NCBI GenBank assembly: GCA_963729975.1 | Contig: CAVSPI010000003.1 | Location: 1 to 54,602 of the forward strand | Origin: an uncultured Acidobacteriota bacterium | GTDB lineage: Bacteria > Acidobacteriota > Vicinamibacteria > Vicinamibacterales > UBA2999 | DNA: 54,602 bases | Direction: 5' to 3' | In this document: in pieces, positions 27,979 through 40,012 of the stretch | How the letters are laid out: each line of letters starts with the position of its first letter | Position numbering within the stretch: position 1 is the first letter of the stretch | Program-made: the position numbers and the translations under genes | The notes under the pieces: model-generated | What the model was told of the DNA's origin: nothing | Seen by the model: the letters and a program-made list of their open reading frames with translations, nothing else | The model's database searches: none

Positions 27979-30021
27979 ATGCCCGTTCGCACGACGACCA
28001 TCGCCCGTCTGTTCATCTCCATGATCTCGACCCTCTCCCTTCTCACCGTGTGCAGGCGAGTCGTCTGGCGTTGCTGCCGCCTCGGCGCTGACGTCTCGAC
28101 GTATGCCCGACCGGTCCCTGCCATCCGGACCAACCAGGACACGGCCGCACCACACCGGCAGGTGGCCTGGACCGACCGTCGCCGGGTCTCGAACAGAAGG
28201 CGCAGCGCGCCTCCCCAGTCGAGCCGCGCGTCCAGGCGAAGAGGCCGGATGCCGACTCGAAGGAGCCGGATCGACCTCTCCCGATCCTGCAGCCGGCTCC
28301 AGCGGCTCCAGCACCGGACGACGCTCCGCCCGACGGGAGGAGCCGGAGCCGTAGCCCGAGCCGACAGTCCCGGGCCGGACCATGGGCCGACCGGGGAGTC
28401 GCCGACGCCGTCACCGAGCCCGGAGCCACCGTCCGGCAGTCCGCCGATTCCGGGGGCGACGCGGCGTGCGGCTACCCGCGTCAGGGCCCTCGTGAGCCAT
28501 GTCGAGTGGCGGTGGCGCGCTGCGAGGTGCTCGTGTCCTCGCCGTCGAGGTGTCGCGTGGTCCGCGCTCAGCGAGGCGAGCTGGCTGTCGATCGACTGAC
28601 GCCGGCCACGGGAGCGGTACCGATCGGTGCACGTCGGCCGAACCCAATCCTCGAATCGGTGTCGCGGACGGGTTCGTTCGCATCGGTCGCGGTCGCTGTG
28701 TCCATCATCCAGGCCGGCAGCACCGACGGTGACCAGGCTGTGCCTACGCGGTCTACCCGACGGTGATCACCTCGACTCGGGCAGACGGCGATGCCGCGGT
28801 GGCGTGACGGCGCCGCCCGGCTGCGCCTGGAGTTCGAGCGTACGGCCTGATTTCATCGACATCACGAGCGGCCATGACGAGGACCGGCACGAGCACGGCC
28901 ACCCTGAGCATCGCGAGCAACACGGCGCCGGAGGTCGATCGGGCGTGGTGATGGTGGCGGGGCGCGCGGTGACGGTGACGCAGGCCGGGACGAGCCGCGC
29001 CACGGTGTCGCGTTCGAGCTTTTCGTCTCGCCGGGTGCCGAGATCAGCGTCGATGCCGACGGCGGAGCCTTCGAGATTGCGACCGAGACGTCACCCGATT
29101 GCGAATGGCACGCGGCGAGCGCCAGCGTCTTTGTCGATCTCGCCTCGGTGGCGACAGCTGTGGGCGCGGTGTCGCCACGTTCATTGTCCAGCCGAACTGG
29201 TCGGACGAGCCGCGCGCCGGCCTGGTCACGATTGCCGGGCATCCCATCACCGTCTCGCAGCGTGGCCGGCCGGTGACCGAGCCGTGCGTCTACACGCTCT
29301 CGGACAGTGCCGCGGCGATGCCGCACGTCGGGGGGCGCGTGGCGGTGGGGTTGACCACCGAGCCAGGGTGCGCCTGGGACGTGGTGCTGAACAGCTCGTG
29401 GCTTCACGTCGCCGAGGCGACGCCTCCCATCGGCGTCGGCACCGTCTGGTTCGATGTCGAGTCGAACGCCGAGGGCGAGCGCGTGGCGACGATTGCTATT
29501 GGTGGACAGCTCTTCACCCTGACGCAGGCGGCCCTGCCGACGTTGGTCGCGGCCGGCGAGATCCGCTGGGCCAGCGTGCCCGACCCCGAGCGGGCCGGCC
29601 AATGCTGGGGCAACTGTGGCGCCGGCTGCGGCACGTTCGCCAATCCGTGTGGTGGCGAGCACCGTTGGGAGCACGAGCTGTTGACCGAGCCGACGTATGT
29701 CGGAGACGACTGGATACCGATGTGTGCCGGCGATGCGTCCTGGTGGGAAGTCCGGCCGCGCTATACCGCGCTGGCGCGATGGACCTTTCATGGTCTCAAG
29801 TCGAGAAGCTGCGAGGAGCACGACGAGACCTGCCGCAATCTCGACTTCGTTCCACATCTGCCCGCCGACAAGCTGGCGTGCACGTTGACGGCCGTGCTCG
29901 TCGCCTTCAACGGCAGCTACTGTGCCGGCGCCCGGCCGTTCGACTGGTCCTACGACATCTTCGATGTCGGTCACACCGCCAACCGGTCGCCTATCTCGAT
30001 GGAGCGCCGTCATGTCAGTGA
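27979..30021 (+). CDS. Secreted BACON-repeat protein with a Cys-rich C-terminal domain
   Basis: Signal-like N-terminus, Pro/Ser linker, 3-4 BACON repeats (APPGCAWS...RSGVVMVAGRAVTVTQAG; TEPGCAWD..SSWL...IGGQLFTLTQA), tip CWGNCGAGCG...CEEHDETC; several frameshifts. Confidence 0.75.
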
Positions 30022-31103
30022 GGCGCAGCGGTGCCTGGCGCGTGTGTGCGTCGTTGCTGCGGGCTTCGCGTTGCCGGGGCAGCGGCGGAGACCGTGCCGA
30101 CGTCTGCGGGCCTTGGCGCAGTGGTGTGCGCGAATGCCGGATCGCGACGTGACCGAGGGAGACGTCGATCGCTGGTGGAGCAGGGACGATCCGGCGACGT
30201 TCTACCGCGTGCAGCGCGACCTCTACGACGGCAGACGCCGAGCGCTCGATGGGCTGATTGACGAGCGTCTCATGACGACGCGGCAGCGGGTCGCCGCGGC
30301 GTCAGCGTCGAGCGGTTGCTCGAACTCGAGCTGCCTGCGCGCGTGCGTCCAATCACCGACGAGGAGACGGCGGAGTTCCTGCGCCGCGCCGAGCGGCCGG
30401 CCGGTGTGCCGGTGGACGAGGTGACCAGGGCGGTGCGCAGTGCTGCTGGAGCGGAGGAGTCGGAGCGAGAGCCGGCAGCGGTATGCTCGATGAACTTGCG
30501 GCAAGGCCGCTGGCGACGGCGTCCAGGTGCACGCTCGCGCCGGTGCGGCAGCAGGTGGCGGTGGTGCCGGCGAATCCCCTCAGGGCCGGGAGGATGCGCC
30601 GGTGCAGATCGTGGTCTTCTCCGACTTCCAGTGCCCATTCTGCAGACGGGTCGAACCGGCGATCGCCCGCCTGCGCGCCACGTTCGGCGATCGCATCGCG
30701 CCTCGTCTGGAAACACTTTCCACTGACGATGCACGCCGACGCGGAGCTGGCGGCCGAGGCCGCGCAGTGCGCGCACGACCAGCGCCGCTTCTGGGCACTT
30801 CCACGACGTCGCTGTTCCGGAACCAGGACGCGCTCGGCAAGCATCGACCTGGTCGCCGGCGCGGAGCAGCTGTCGCTCGACATGGCCGACTTCGAGCGGC
30901 TGTCTCGACGACACACCGGAATCGGCCGATCGTCGCAGGCCGATCTCCGGACGGGGCCGGCAGCCGGCGTCTCCGCGACGCCGACCATCTTCATCAACGG
31001 CCGCGTGCTGGTCGGGGCGCTCGAGTATGGCGCCTACGAAGCCGTGTCAGGGCCGACTAGCGGCGATAGGCGTGGCATGGAACGCGAGGCCGGCCAGGGC
31101 TGA
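30018..31103 (+). CDS. DsbA/thioredoxin-fold disulfide oxidoreductase (ends approximate)
   Basis: DAPVQIVVFSDFQCPFC, VWKHFPL, AAEAAQCA, GVSATPTIFINGR; likely GTGA overlap with the upstream gene. Confidence 0.85.
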
Positions 31104-31181
31104 GGCCGCTGGATGGATCGGCCCCGTGCCGAACGCGAACGCCGGAGTCGATCGCAGTCGTGTCGGGTGCTACAGGTGCCG

Positions 31182-31721
31182 GTGAGCGATGGACGGCGCA
31201 GCGCATGGTTGATGGCGATCGGCGTCGTGTCCGCGGTTGTTGTCTGTGTCGCGATGCCGCGCGAGCAGGGCGCAGGTGGTGCGCGATCTCGCGGCGCTAG
31301 GTTGCGCCGCAGCACCGAGGTCATCGTGCGCGATGACGCCGGTCAGGAGGTGCGCGGCCGGTTCGTCAGCGCCTCGAGCGCCGGAGTGGTGCCCTGGAGG
31401 TGCAGGGCAGCAGCCGGATGTTCGGCGCCACGGAGGTGGCCGCGCTCTGGCGTCGCGGCGATCGCCTGCGCAACGGCGCCATCATCGGTGGCCTGCTCGG
31501 CCTGCTCGGCGGCATCTTCGGCGAACTCCGCCTGCACCGACTGCGGCTCCGAGATTGCGCTCGGGATTGGGTTGGGGGTGCCGCTGTGGGCTGGCGTCGG
31601 GGCGCTCGTCGATGCCCAGCGGGTCGGCCGTACGTTGATCTATCTCGCCCCTGGTGCTCCGGCACCTACGGTGCGCCGTCTGGCGGCGCCGGGACGGCGC
31701 AAGCCGCGGCTCGCTTCCTAG
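31182..31721 (+). CDS. Hypothetical exported/membrane protein with a Gly-zipper
   Basis: Signal-like segment, VIVRDDAGQEVRGRF, DRLRNGAIIGGLLG, CTDC, GVPLWAGVGALVDA. Confidence 0.6.
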   Translation: MSDGRRSAWLMAIGVVSAVVVCVAMPREQGAGGARSRGARLRRSTEVIVRDDAGQEVRGRFVSASSAGVVPWRCRAAAGCSAPRRWPRSGVAAIACATAPSSVACSACSAASSANSACTDCGSEIALGIGLGVPLWAGVGALVDAQRVGRTLIYLAPGAPAPTVRRLAAPGRRKPRLAS

Positions 31722-31960
31722 GATCGCGGGAGCGCGGCGCTGGTCGGGCGCGAGGTTTGATCCCGGCGTCACCTCCGATATGGCCTCGGATACCTCGGAT
31801 ACCTCAGGTACGGCGGTGTTGGCGATGCTGCCCGCGGTCGCGTGGGTGGACGTGACCGCTCTTGCAGCAGGAATGTGAACAGAACGCGCTCGTGACGTCG
31901 CGCTGGCTCAGTATTGATTCGTCAAAGGAGGTGCCACTACACTGGTCTGTTCAGACACCA

Positions 31961-32628
31961 ATGAAGAGACTCATCATCGCGATCGACGGTCCATCCGGGG
32001 CCGGAAAGGGCACAGTCGCGCGCACGCTCGCGGACGCGCTTGGCTATCGGCACATCGACACCGGCGCCATGTATCGCGCGGTCGGCTGGAAGGCGTCGCA
32101 CGATGCGATTCCGCTCGAGGACGAGCGTCAGGTCGCCGGCATCGCGCGCGACGGCGCAGCTCACGGTGGAAGGTGGCGTGGTGTCGATCGACGGCCACGA
32201 CGTCACCCGCGCCATCCGCACACCGGAGATGGACAAGGCCGCCAGCCAGGTCGCGCGGCTCCCGGCCGTCCGCCAGCTGCTGGTGGAGCGTCAGCGCAAG
32301 GTCGGCGAGCAGGGCGGTGTGGTCATGGAAGGGCGGGACATCGGCACGGTGGTGTTCCCGGATGCCGACGTGAAGGTCTACCTCGATGCCACGCCGGAGG
32401 AGCGCGCCCGGCGGCGCGCCGCCGACCCGGCGCACAGCGGCGGCCAGGCAGGCCAGACAGCGGTGGCGGCCTCGATCGAGGCGCGTGACCGATCCGACAC
32501 GCACCCGCGCGGTGTCGCCGTTGACCGCGGCGGCCGACGCGGTCGTCATCGACACGACCGGCATGCCCGTGCCGATCGTCGTCGAACGCGTGATGTCGCT
32601 CGTCCGCGAGAAGCTTGCATCCCCGTAG
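31961..32628 (+). CDS. cmk: Cytidylate kinase
   Basis: [38 protein letters not shown]. Confidence 0.95.
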
Positions 32629-32648
32629 CGGGGGTCTAGACCCCGCGG
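32624..32648 (+). repeat. REP palindrome providing the cmk stop codon
   Basis: cgtagcgggggtctagaccccgcgg; TAG at 32626-32628. Confidence 0.7.
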
Positions 32649-32745
32649 TTGCCGCCGCGTGCTCGATTGGTTTGGTGTGGAATGAACGTGCGCCGACGGT
32701 GCGGGTCGCTTTGTGTGCCACCCGCACCATCGGCGTCATCTGCCG

Positions 32746-33865
32746 CTAATGCTCGTCGTAGTCCTCGGCCGAGGCCGGGTCGAGTTCCCAGCGATGGCGG
32801 TCGCGGTCGCTGATCTTCTTCTCGCCCTTCAGCTCCTCGTTGTCCTCGTACTGCACGCCGAGTGCACGGCCGATGTCGTCGACGACGTCCTGGTCGGGCG
32901 TGGGATTGTCGCCGCCGGGAGCCTCGTCGCCGCTCGTGTGTGCCGACGCCCAGTCGGCATCGACGTCGCCGGCGGTGATGGCCGGGCTCGACTCGGTGTG
33001 GTCGGCTGAGCTTCTCCTCCATCTCGCGCCGGCCGCTGCGCGCCGCGGAGGCGGTGCGGTCGAGGTCGAGTGAGGACGGCGCCGACGGCAGCAGGTCGTC
33101 CTCGTCCTGCGACGGTCCGCCTCGCCCGGTTGAGGGCAATCGGCGCCTTGCGCGGCGGCATCGGCGTTGGCGCCTTGCTGGCGGTCAGGTTGTCGCCGCC
33201 GTGCCTTCCTCGGCGACGCTGCGGCGCTTCGGCTGGCGATCGGCGCCGGCCGCGGCGGCGCGGCCTTTTGCAGGGCCGGCTTGCGGCTGACCGTCGCCGC
33301 CGGGCCCCCTTGACGACCGTTGCCGCGACCGTTACCGGTGTGCTGCCCGCGGCGAGGCCGTCTTGGCGCGACGCCTTTCCGCCTGGGCGGCTCTTGGCGG
33401 CGGGTTCTGGGCGCCGCTTGGTCCGCCCTTGCGTCACGCCGCTCGGCGCCTTGCTTCGCGGCTGCCTTGCCCGATGCCGTCGCCCGACGCCTTGGCTGGC
33501 CCCTTGGCGGCACTGTTCTGGCTGCCGCGGTCTGCCTGCCGCTTTCCGCCTGGCGCCCGCCCTCGGCTGACGTGGTGGCCGCTTCGCGGGCTGACGTCTT
33601 GACGTGTGCTGCTGACGGTGGGCCGGGCTCTTCCTGGTCCCCGCTTTCGTGCTGGTTCCCGCCTTCCGGCCGCCGCCGGCCTTCTGGCGGCGGTCGCGGG
33701 GCGGGCGCTGGGCGCGCGCGTGCTGCGAGCAGCGGGCTTCGCGACAGGCTTGCTGGTTCTCAGTGCTCGAGCTGGCGGTCGTCCGCTGCCGCTCGACCGG
33801 CTGGCGCTCGTGCGAGCGCTGGCGCCGGTCGGCCGCGTCGGTCGTGCCGCCTTGCGTTTGGCCAT
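32746..33865 (-). CDS. DUF6335-type protein with a long Lys/Arg/Ala-rich N-terminus
   Basis: C-terminus SPAITAGDVDADW..A..SGDEAPGGDNPTPDQDVVDDIGRALGV.Y.D.EEL...RDRHRWELDPAS; N-terminus MAKRKAARPTR...KPVAKPAARS. Confidence 0.8.
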
Positions 33866-33931
33866 CAGGTCTCCCCGTCCTTTCGCGTGGTCGCCGCCCC
33901 CGAACGCGTCGCGCCCGGGCTGGGCGTTATC

Positions 33932-33960
33932 TTGACTGCTACCGGTAAGTGTCGTATCCT
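33932..33960 (+). promoter_or_regulatory. Sigma70-type promoter for rpsA
   Basis: TTGACT (33932-33937), 17-nt spacer, TATCCT (33955-33960). Confidence 0.7.
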
Positions 33961-33964
33961 CTGT

Positions 33965-34259
33965 GTCTTATCGGCGCTGGACAACCCCTCACTGTGTATG
34001 TCATGACCGCGCACGTTGACCGCCACTGCGGCTGTGAACGGGTGCGCCAACGACGCTCACAGGAGGTTCCAACCACAATCGTTGCCATCGCCGTTATAGC
34101 TGCGGGGGGCCGGTCCCCGCAACAGAAACCGGTAGCCCGAGCACGCCCTCATCAGGCGAGCCATGGGCGGCCCGCACTGCACGACGCGACGCGGTCAGCC
34201 ACAAGCGACCCGCGAGCGCAGGCAGTGCCGGTGTATCAGTTGAGGAGGACGCGCACGAA
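33965..34259 (+). promoter_or_regulatory. Long structured 5' leader of rpsA
   Basis: Several complementary stems (see findings); RBS GAGGAGG at 34242-34248. Confidence 0.5.
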
Positions 34260-36043
<1,784 letters not shown>

Positions 36044-36156
36044 GGAACAGGGAGCACGCACGCGACGGTCGGCGAGGGCGCGGGTGACGCCGCCCCCCTC
36101 GTCCCGTTGCGTGTGCCCTGACAAGGAGCACTCGAGTGAATACTCCCGTCGGCAGC

Positions 36157-36498
36157 ATGACGAAGGCCGAGCTCGTCGAGGAAGTCTCGCGGGTCTCCGA
36201 CCTCACCAAGAAGCACTCAGAGGTCATCGTCGATACGGTGTTTCGCAGCATCATCGACGCGCTGCATCGGGGAGAGAAAATCGAGTTGCGCGGGTTCGGC
36301 AGCTTTCGCCTGCGCAAGCGCGAGCCGCGCAAGGGGCGCAATCCGAAGACCGGCGACAAGGTCGACGTGCCGCCGAAGAAGGTGCCCTACTTCAAGCCGG
36401 GCAAGGAGCTCAAGGAGCTCATCAACCGGGAAGCCGAGGGCGGCCAGACCGCGGTGTCCACCGCCGACGTCGTTCCAGGCGCCGCTGTCCAGATTTAG
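36157..36498 (+). CDS. ihfB: Integration host factor beta / HU family DNA-binding protein
   Basis: MTKAELVEEV, IELRGFGSF, GRNPKTG, PYFKPGKELK; position downstream of rpsA. Confidence 0.88.
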   Translation: MTKAELVEEVSRVSDLTKKHSEVIVDTVFRSIIDALHRGEKIELRGFGSFRLRKREPRKGRNPKTGDKVDVPPKKVPYFKPGKELKELINREAEGGQTAVSTADVVPGAAVQI

Positions 36499-36519
36499 AT
36501 ATTCCCGTAAGATCGCTCG

Positions 36520-37011
36520 ATGGAGCGTCTGTGGTCGCCCTGGCGACTCGAATACGTGACCGGCCAGAAACCGGAGTCCGGCTGCGTCTTCTGCCTGGCG
36601 CCGACCCTCCCCCCCGACGAATCGCTGATCGTCTTCCAGGGGCACCTCTGCTACGTCATCCTCAATCTCTATCCCTACAACAACGGTCACCTGATGGTGG
36701 TCCCGTATCGCCACACCGGTTCGCTCGAAGCGTTGACGCCGGAGGAGCTGCAGGAGATTGCCGTGCTGACGCGGCGCTCCGAGATCGCCATCCGCGAGGC
36801 CTACAATCCGCAGGGCATCAACGTCGGTATCAACCTGGGTAAGCCGGCCGGCGCCGGCGTCCTCGATCACGTGCACGTGCACCTGGTGCCGCGCTGGAAC
36901 GGCGACACCAACTTCATGACCGTCGTCGGCAACATGCGCGTGCTGCCCGAGGAGCTCGGCACCAGCGCGGCGCGCCTCCGTCCCATCTTCGAGAAGCTTC
37001 GCGAGCACTAA
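36520..37011 (+). CDS. HIT family hydrolase (Ap4A phosphorylase-like)
   Basis: LWSPWR, CVFC, LNLYPYNNGHLMVVP, HVHVHLVPRW. Confidence 0.93.
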   Translation: MERLWSPWRLEYVTGQKPESGCVFCLAPTLPPDESLIVFQGHLCYVILNLYPYNNGHLMVVPYRHTGSLEALTPEELQEIAVLTRRSEIAIREAYNPQGINVGINLGKPAGAGVLDHVHVHLVPRWNGDTNFMTVVGNMRVLPEELGTSAARLRPIFEKLREH

Positions 37012-37019
37012 TCGCGCCT

Positions 37020-38018
37020 ATGGATTTCGAGCTGAGCGAACTGCAGCGGGCGTGGCGAGACAAGGGCGCCAGGCTGGCCGAGGAGCTGGCCCCGGAGCCG
37101 GCGGCGGCCGACGTCGTGCTTGGTGCCGCGCGTCTCGGTCTGCTCGCGCCCGATGCCGATCTGCTGGCGCTGACCCTGGCGGTCGAGGCGATGGCCATCC
37201 GTTCGGCGTCGGCGGCCATTGCGCTGGCGCTGCACAGCGCCGCGGCGCTGTCGGTCGCCGGTCGCGACGGCTATGGTGCGCTGTTCGACGGTCAGGCCGT
37301 TGGCGCCCTGACGCTGTCGTCGGACGCCGTGCCGCAATGGCGCGACGGCACGCTGACGGGCCGCGTCTCCTGGGTGGCACCGCTGACGGGGAACGGCGTC
37401 GCGATGATTGCCGGCCGTGCGGACGGTGGCGCCGAAGACGCCGTAGCAGGCGTGGCCGACGGAGGCTTGATGGCCTACGCGCTTCGTCTCGACGCCCCGG
37501 GCGTGACGGCGGAGCCGCTGGACACGGCGGCCCTCGCCGGCGTGGCGTGCGGTCATCTCACGCTCGCCGGTGCGCCGTGCGAGCCAATCGGGCCGACACT
37601 GCCGGTGATGAGCCGGGCGCGCATCCTGATCTCGGCCGTTGGTCTCGGCATCGCGCGGCGCGCGGTGCGCGAGGCGCTGGCGAGCGCCCGCGGCACCAGC
37701 CGCGGTGCCGGCGGGGAGCAGACGGTACAGGGCCTGGTCGCCGATGCCGCCACCGACCTCGACGCCGCCATGCTCCTGACCTGGACGGCCGCCGCCTCGC
37801 CGCTGTCGCTGTCGTCGGCATCGATGGCCAAGCTCGCCGCCACCGTGGCGGCGCAGCGGGCGGTCGAGCGTGCCACCCAGGTGATTGGCGCCGACAGCTT
37901 CCGCCGCGGCCACATCCTCGAACGCCTGGCCAAGGACGTGCGCGCCCTCGAGCTCTTCGCCGGCCGCACCGACGCCCTCCGCGACGCCGTCGCCGAGCGC
38001 GAATTACCGTCCGCCTGA
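37020..38018 (+). CDS. Short, divergent acyl-CoA dehydrogenase-like protein
   Basis: MDFELSELQ, ASMAKLAAT, ATQVIGA, LERLAKDVRALELFAG; intact 332-aa ORF. Confidence 0.75.
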   Translation: MDFELSELQRAWRDKGARLAEELAPEPAAADVVLGAARLGLLAPDADLLALTLAVEAMAIRSASAAIALALHSAAALSVAGRDGYGALFDGQAVGALTLSSDAVPQWRDGTLTGRVSWVAPLTGNGVAMIAGRADGGAEDAVAGVADGGLMAYALRLDAPGVTAEPLDTAALAGVACGHLTLAGAPCEPIGPTLPVMSRARILISAVGLGIARRAVREALASARGTSRGAGGEQTVQGLVADAATDLDAAMLLTWTAAASPLSLSSASMAKLAATVAAQRAVERATQVIGADSFRRGHILERLAKDVRALELFAGRTDALRDAVAERELPSA

Positions 38019-38035
38019 GGGCGCCCGTTCTTCTT

Positions 38036-38318
38036 CGTAGCCCGGGGGCTTCAGAGCCTGAGCGAAAATCGAATGTGTCGCCTATCTGGAGTGCGACCTG
38101 CCGCGAGGTGAAACCCCCGCGCTACGCACACACACACATGGCGCGGATTTCCCAGATCTCTGGGATCTGGGGCCTGGGATCTTTGATGTGGGATCTGGGG
38201 CTTGGGATATGGGATCCGGGATTTATTCTCAGCCTCTTCAGCCCTCGCGACCGCCGCGGCCCTCGCGGCGGCAGGCCAGATACGCACCTGTCGCGAGGGC
38301 TAAAGCCCCCGCGCTACG
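38036..38318. repeat. REP cluster (38036-38062, 38102-38126, 38291-38318) enclosing a GGGATCT heptamer run (38150-38225)
   Basis: cgtagcccgggggcttcag; gaggtgaaacccccgcgctacg; gagggctaaagcccccgcgctacg. Confidence 0.8.
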
Positions 38319-38380
38319 GGGAACGATCACCGCGGGCTGTCCGCCCGCCAGGGTTTGCCAGCGTCTTCGGTCTTCGCGAA

Positions 38381-38591
38381 TCAGGGTGCGATTTCATACC
38401 CGAGCGCTTCGATCTTCTCGCGCAGTATCACCGGCGTGACCCGCCCGGATCGAACGTCACGTGACCAGGCTGGCGTCATGCGACGCCGTCACCGACTCTA
38501 CGCCGGCGGTCTGCAGCAGTGTTCGCTTCACGGCGTTCTCGCACCCGCCGCAGGTCATTCCGCTCACCGACAACTGCAATGTCTCTGTCAT
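38381..38591 (-). CDS. CopZ-like heavy-metal-associated chaperone (absent from the ORF track)
   Basis: Manual translation MTETLQLSVSGMTCGGCENAVKRTL...VTFD...EKIEALGYEIAP; GMTCxxC motif; indels near 38445-38460. Confidence 0.88.
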
Positions 38592-38714
38592 CGTCTTAAG
38601 AGCTCCTGAATGCCGATGCTCGCGTGGCCAGACCATCCGTACCGCGACGAGGTTTGTTTCGCGCTAGGATTGCACCCGTGGCATCGATCGGTCGCTTTCA
38701 TCGTGAGGAATGCC

Positions 38715-39722
38715 ATGTCTCTTCGTTTCACCCTGCTGGCGCGCTCTGCCTCAGCGCGCCGTGACGCTACGCCCAGGCGCCAGCGACCGCCCCGGCGGCA
38801 CCGAATGCCGCCGCGAATCCGACGCCAACCGAAACGACGACGCCGGCGATTGCCGGGGTGGTGGCCGCTGGCACCCGTGTCGAGTTGATCGCCAGGGACC
38901 TGCGCGGCACCGAGGGGCCGATCCAGGCGCCGGACGGTTCGTTCATCTTCACCGAGCAGACCGCCAACGCTGATCACGAAGATCGCGGCGGACGGGAAGC
39001 GGACCACCTTCCTCGAGAATTCGAACGGCGCCAATGGTCTCACCTTCGATGCCAAGGGCCGGCTGATCGCGACCCAGCCGGATCTCGCCGAGATCGCCGT
39101 GCTGACGCCGGCGCCGAGCGGTGCTGGCCAGCGCGCACGAAGGCCAGCAAGCTGATGCGGCCCGAACGATCTCATCGCCGACAAGAAAGGCGGCGTCTAC
39201 TTCACCGATCCCGGACCGAACCCGGCACCCGGCCAGCCGCGCCACACCGGCAAGCCGTCGGTCTACTACATTCGTCCCGACGGTCGCACGATGCTCCTCG
39301 CCGACGACATCGGCCCGTCCCAACGGCATCATCCTCAGCCCCGACGAGCGGGTGCTCTACGTCGCCGACACGCTCGGCGAGCACGTCGTGGCGTTCGACG
39401 TCCAGGCCGACGGCTCGACCGTCAACCGCCGCGACTTCGCCGCGCTGCTCGGCGTGACGAAGACTGCCACCGGGGTCAGGCAGCGGCGCCGATGGCCTCG
39501 CCGTCGACGATGCCGGCCGACTCTACGTCGCCACCACGATCGGCGTGCAGGTGTCTGTCGCCGCAGGGCATGCACCTCGGCACCATTCCGATCGGCGTGG
39601 CCAACGGCCCGCAGAACATCGCCTTTGCCGGCCCGGACAAGAAGACGCTCTACGTCGTCGGCCGCGGCGCAGCCTGGAAGATCGCGATGCAGGCGCAGGG
39701 TTTCAAAGGGCGCGCGAAGTAG
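38715..39722 (+). CDS. SMP-30/gluconolactonase/LRE family protein (secreted)
   Basis: TEGP, NGLTFD, PNDL...GGVYFTDP, PNGIILSPDE..LYVAD, ADGLAVD, NIAFAGPDKKTLYV. Confidence 0.88.
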
Positions 39723-39740
39723 CGGCCGCGGGCGGGGGGG

Positions 39741-39963
39741 GATTCAGAATGCACAATTCAGAATTCAGAATTCAGAAATGGACAAGATGAGGCACAATTC
39801 AGAATTCACAAATGCAACGGCCACGAACAAGGCCAATGCTATGTCCCTCGTAGCACGGCTTGCTCAGCACCTGTCTCGATGCGCAACCGACGGCCGGTGT
39901 TTCCGGCCGCACAGACCACGGCCGTCGCGGGGGTGAAACCGCGGTTGAAACCCCCGCGCTACG
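39741..39963. repeat. AATTCAG heptamer run (39741-39815) and REP pair (39923-39963)
   Basis: gcacaattcagaattcagaattcaga...; cgtcgcgggggtgaaacc...ttgaaacccccgcgctacg. Confidence 0.8.
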
Positions 39964-40012
39964 TGGGATCTCGCGCGGCGTGTTCATGTTCCTGTAGCAC
40001 GGGTCGCTCGTC

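Noticed and set aside
25600-31945. Invertase-type terminal repeats (GCAGCAGG and GCCACTAC 8-mers shared in inverted orientation)
   Set aside because: The matches are short and differently spaced, can arise by chance at this GC content, and no recombinase is in the window.
38036-38318. Possible CRISPR array among the clustered palindromes
   Set aside because: Repeats are inverted and degenerate with irregular spacing, there are no unique equal-length spacers, and no cas genes are present. REP/REPIN fits better.
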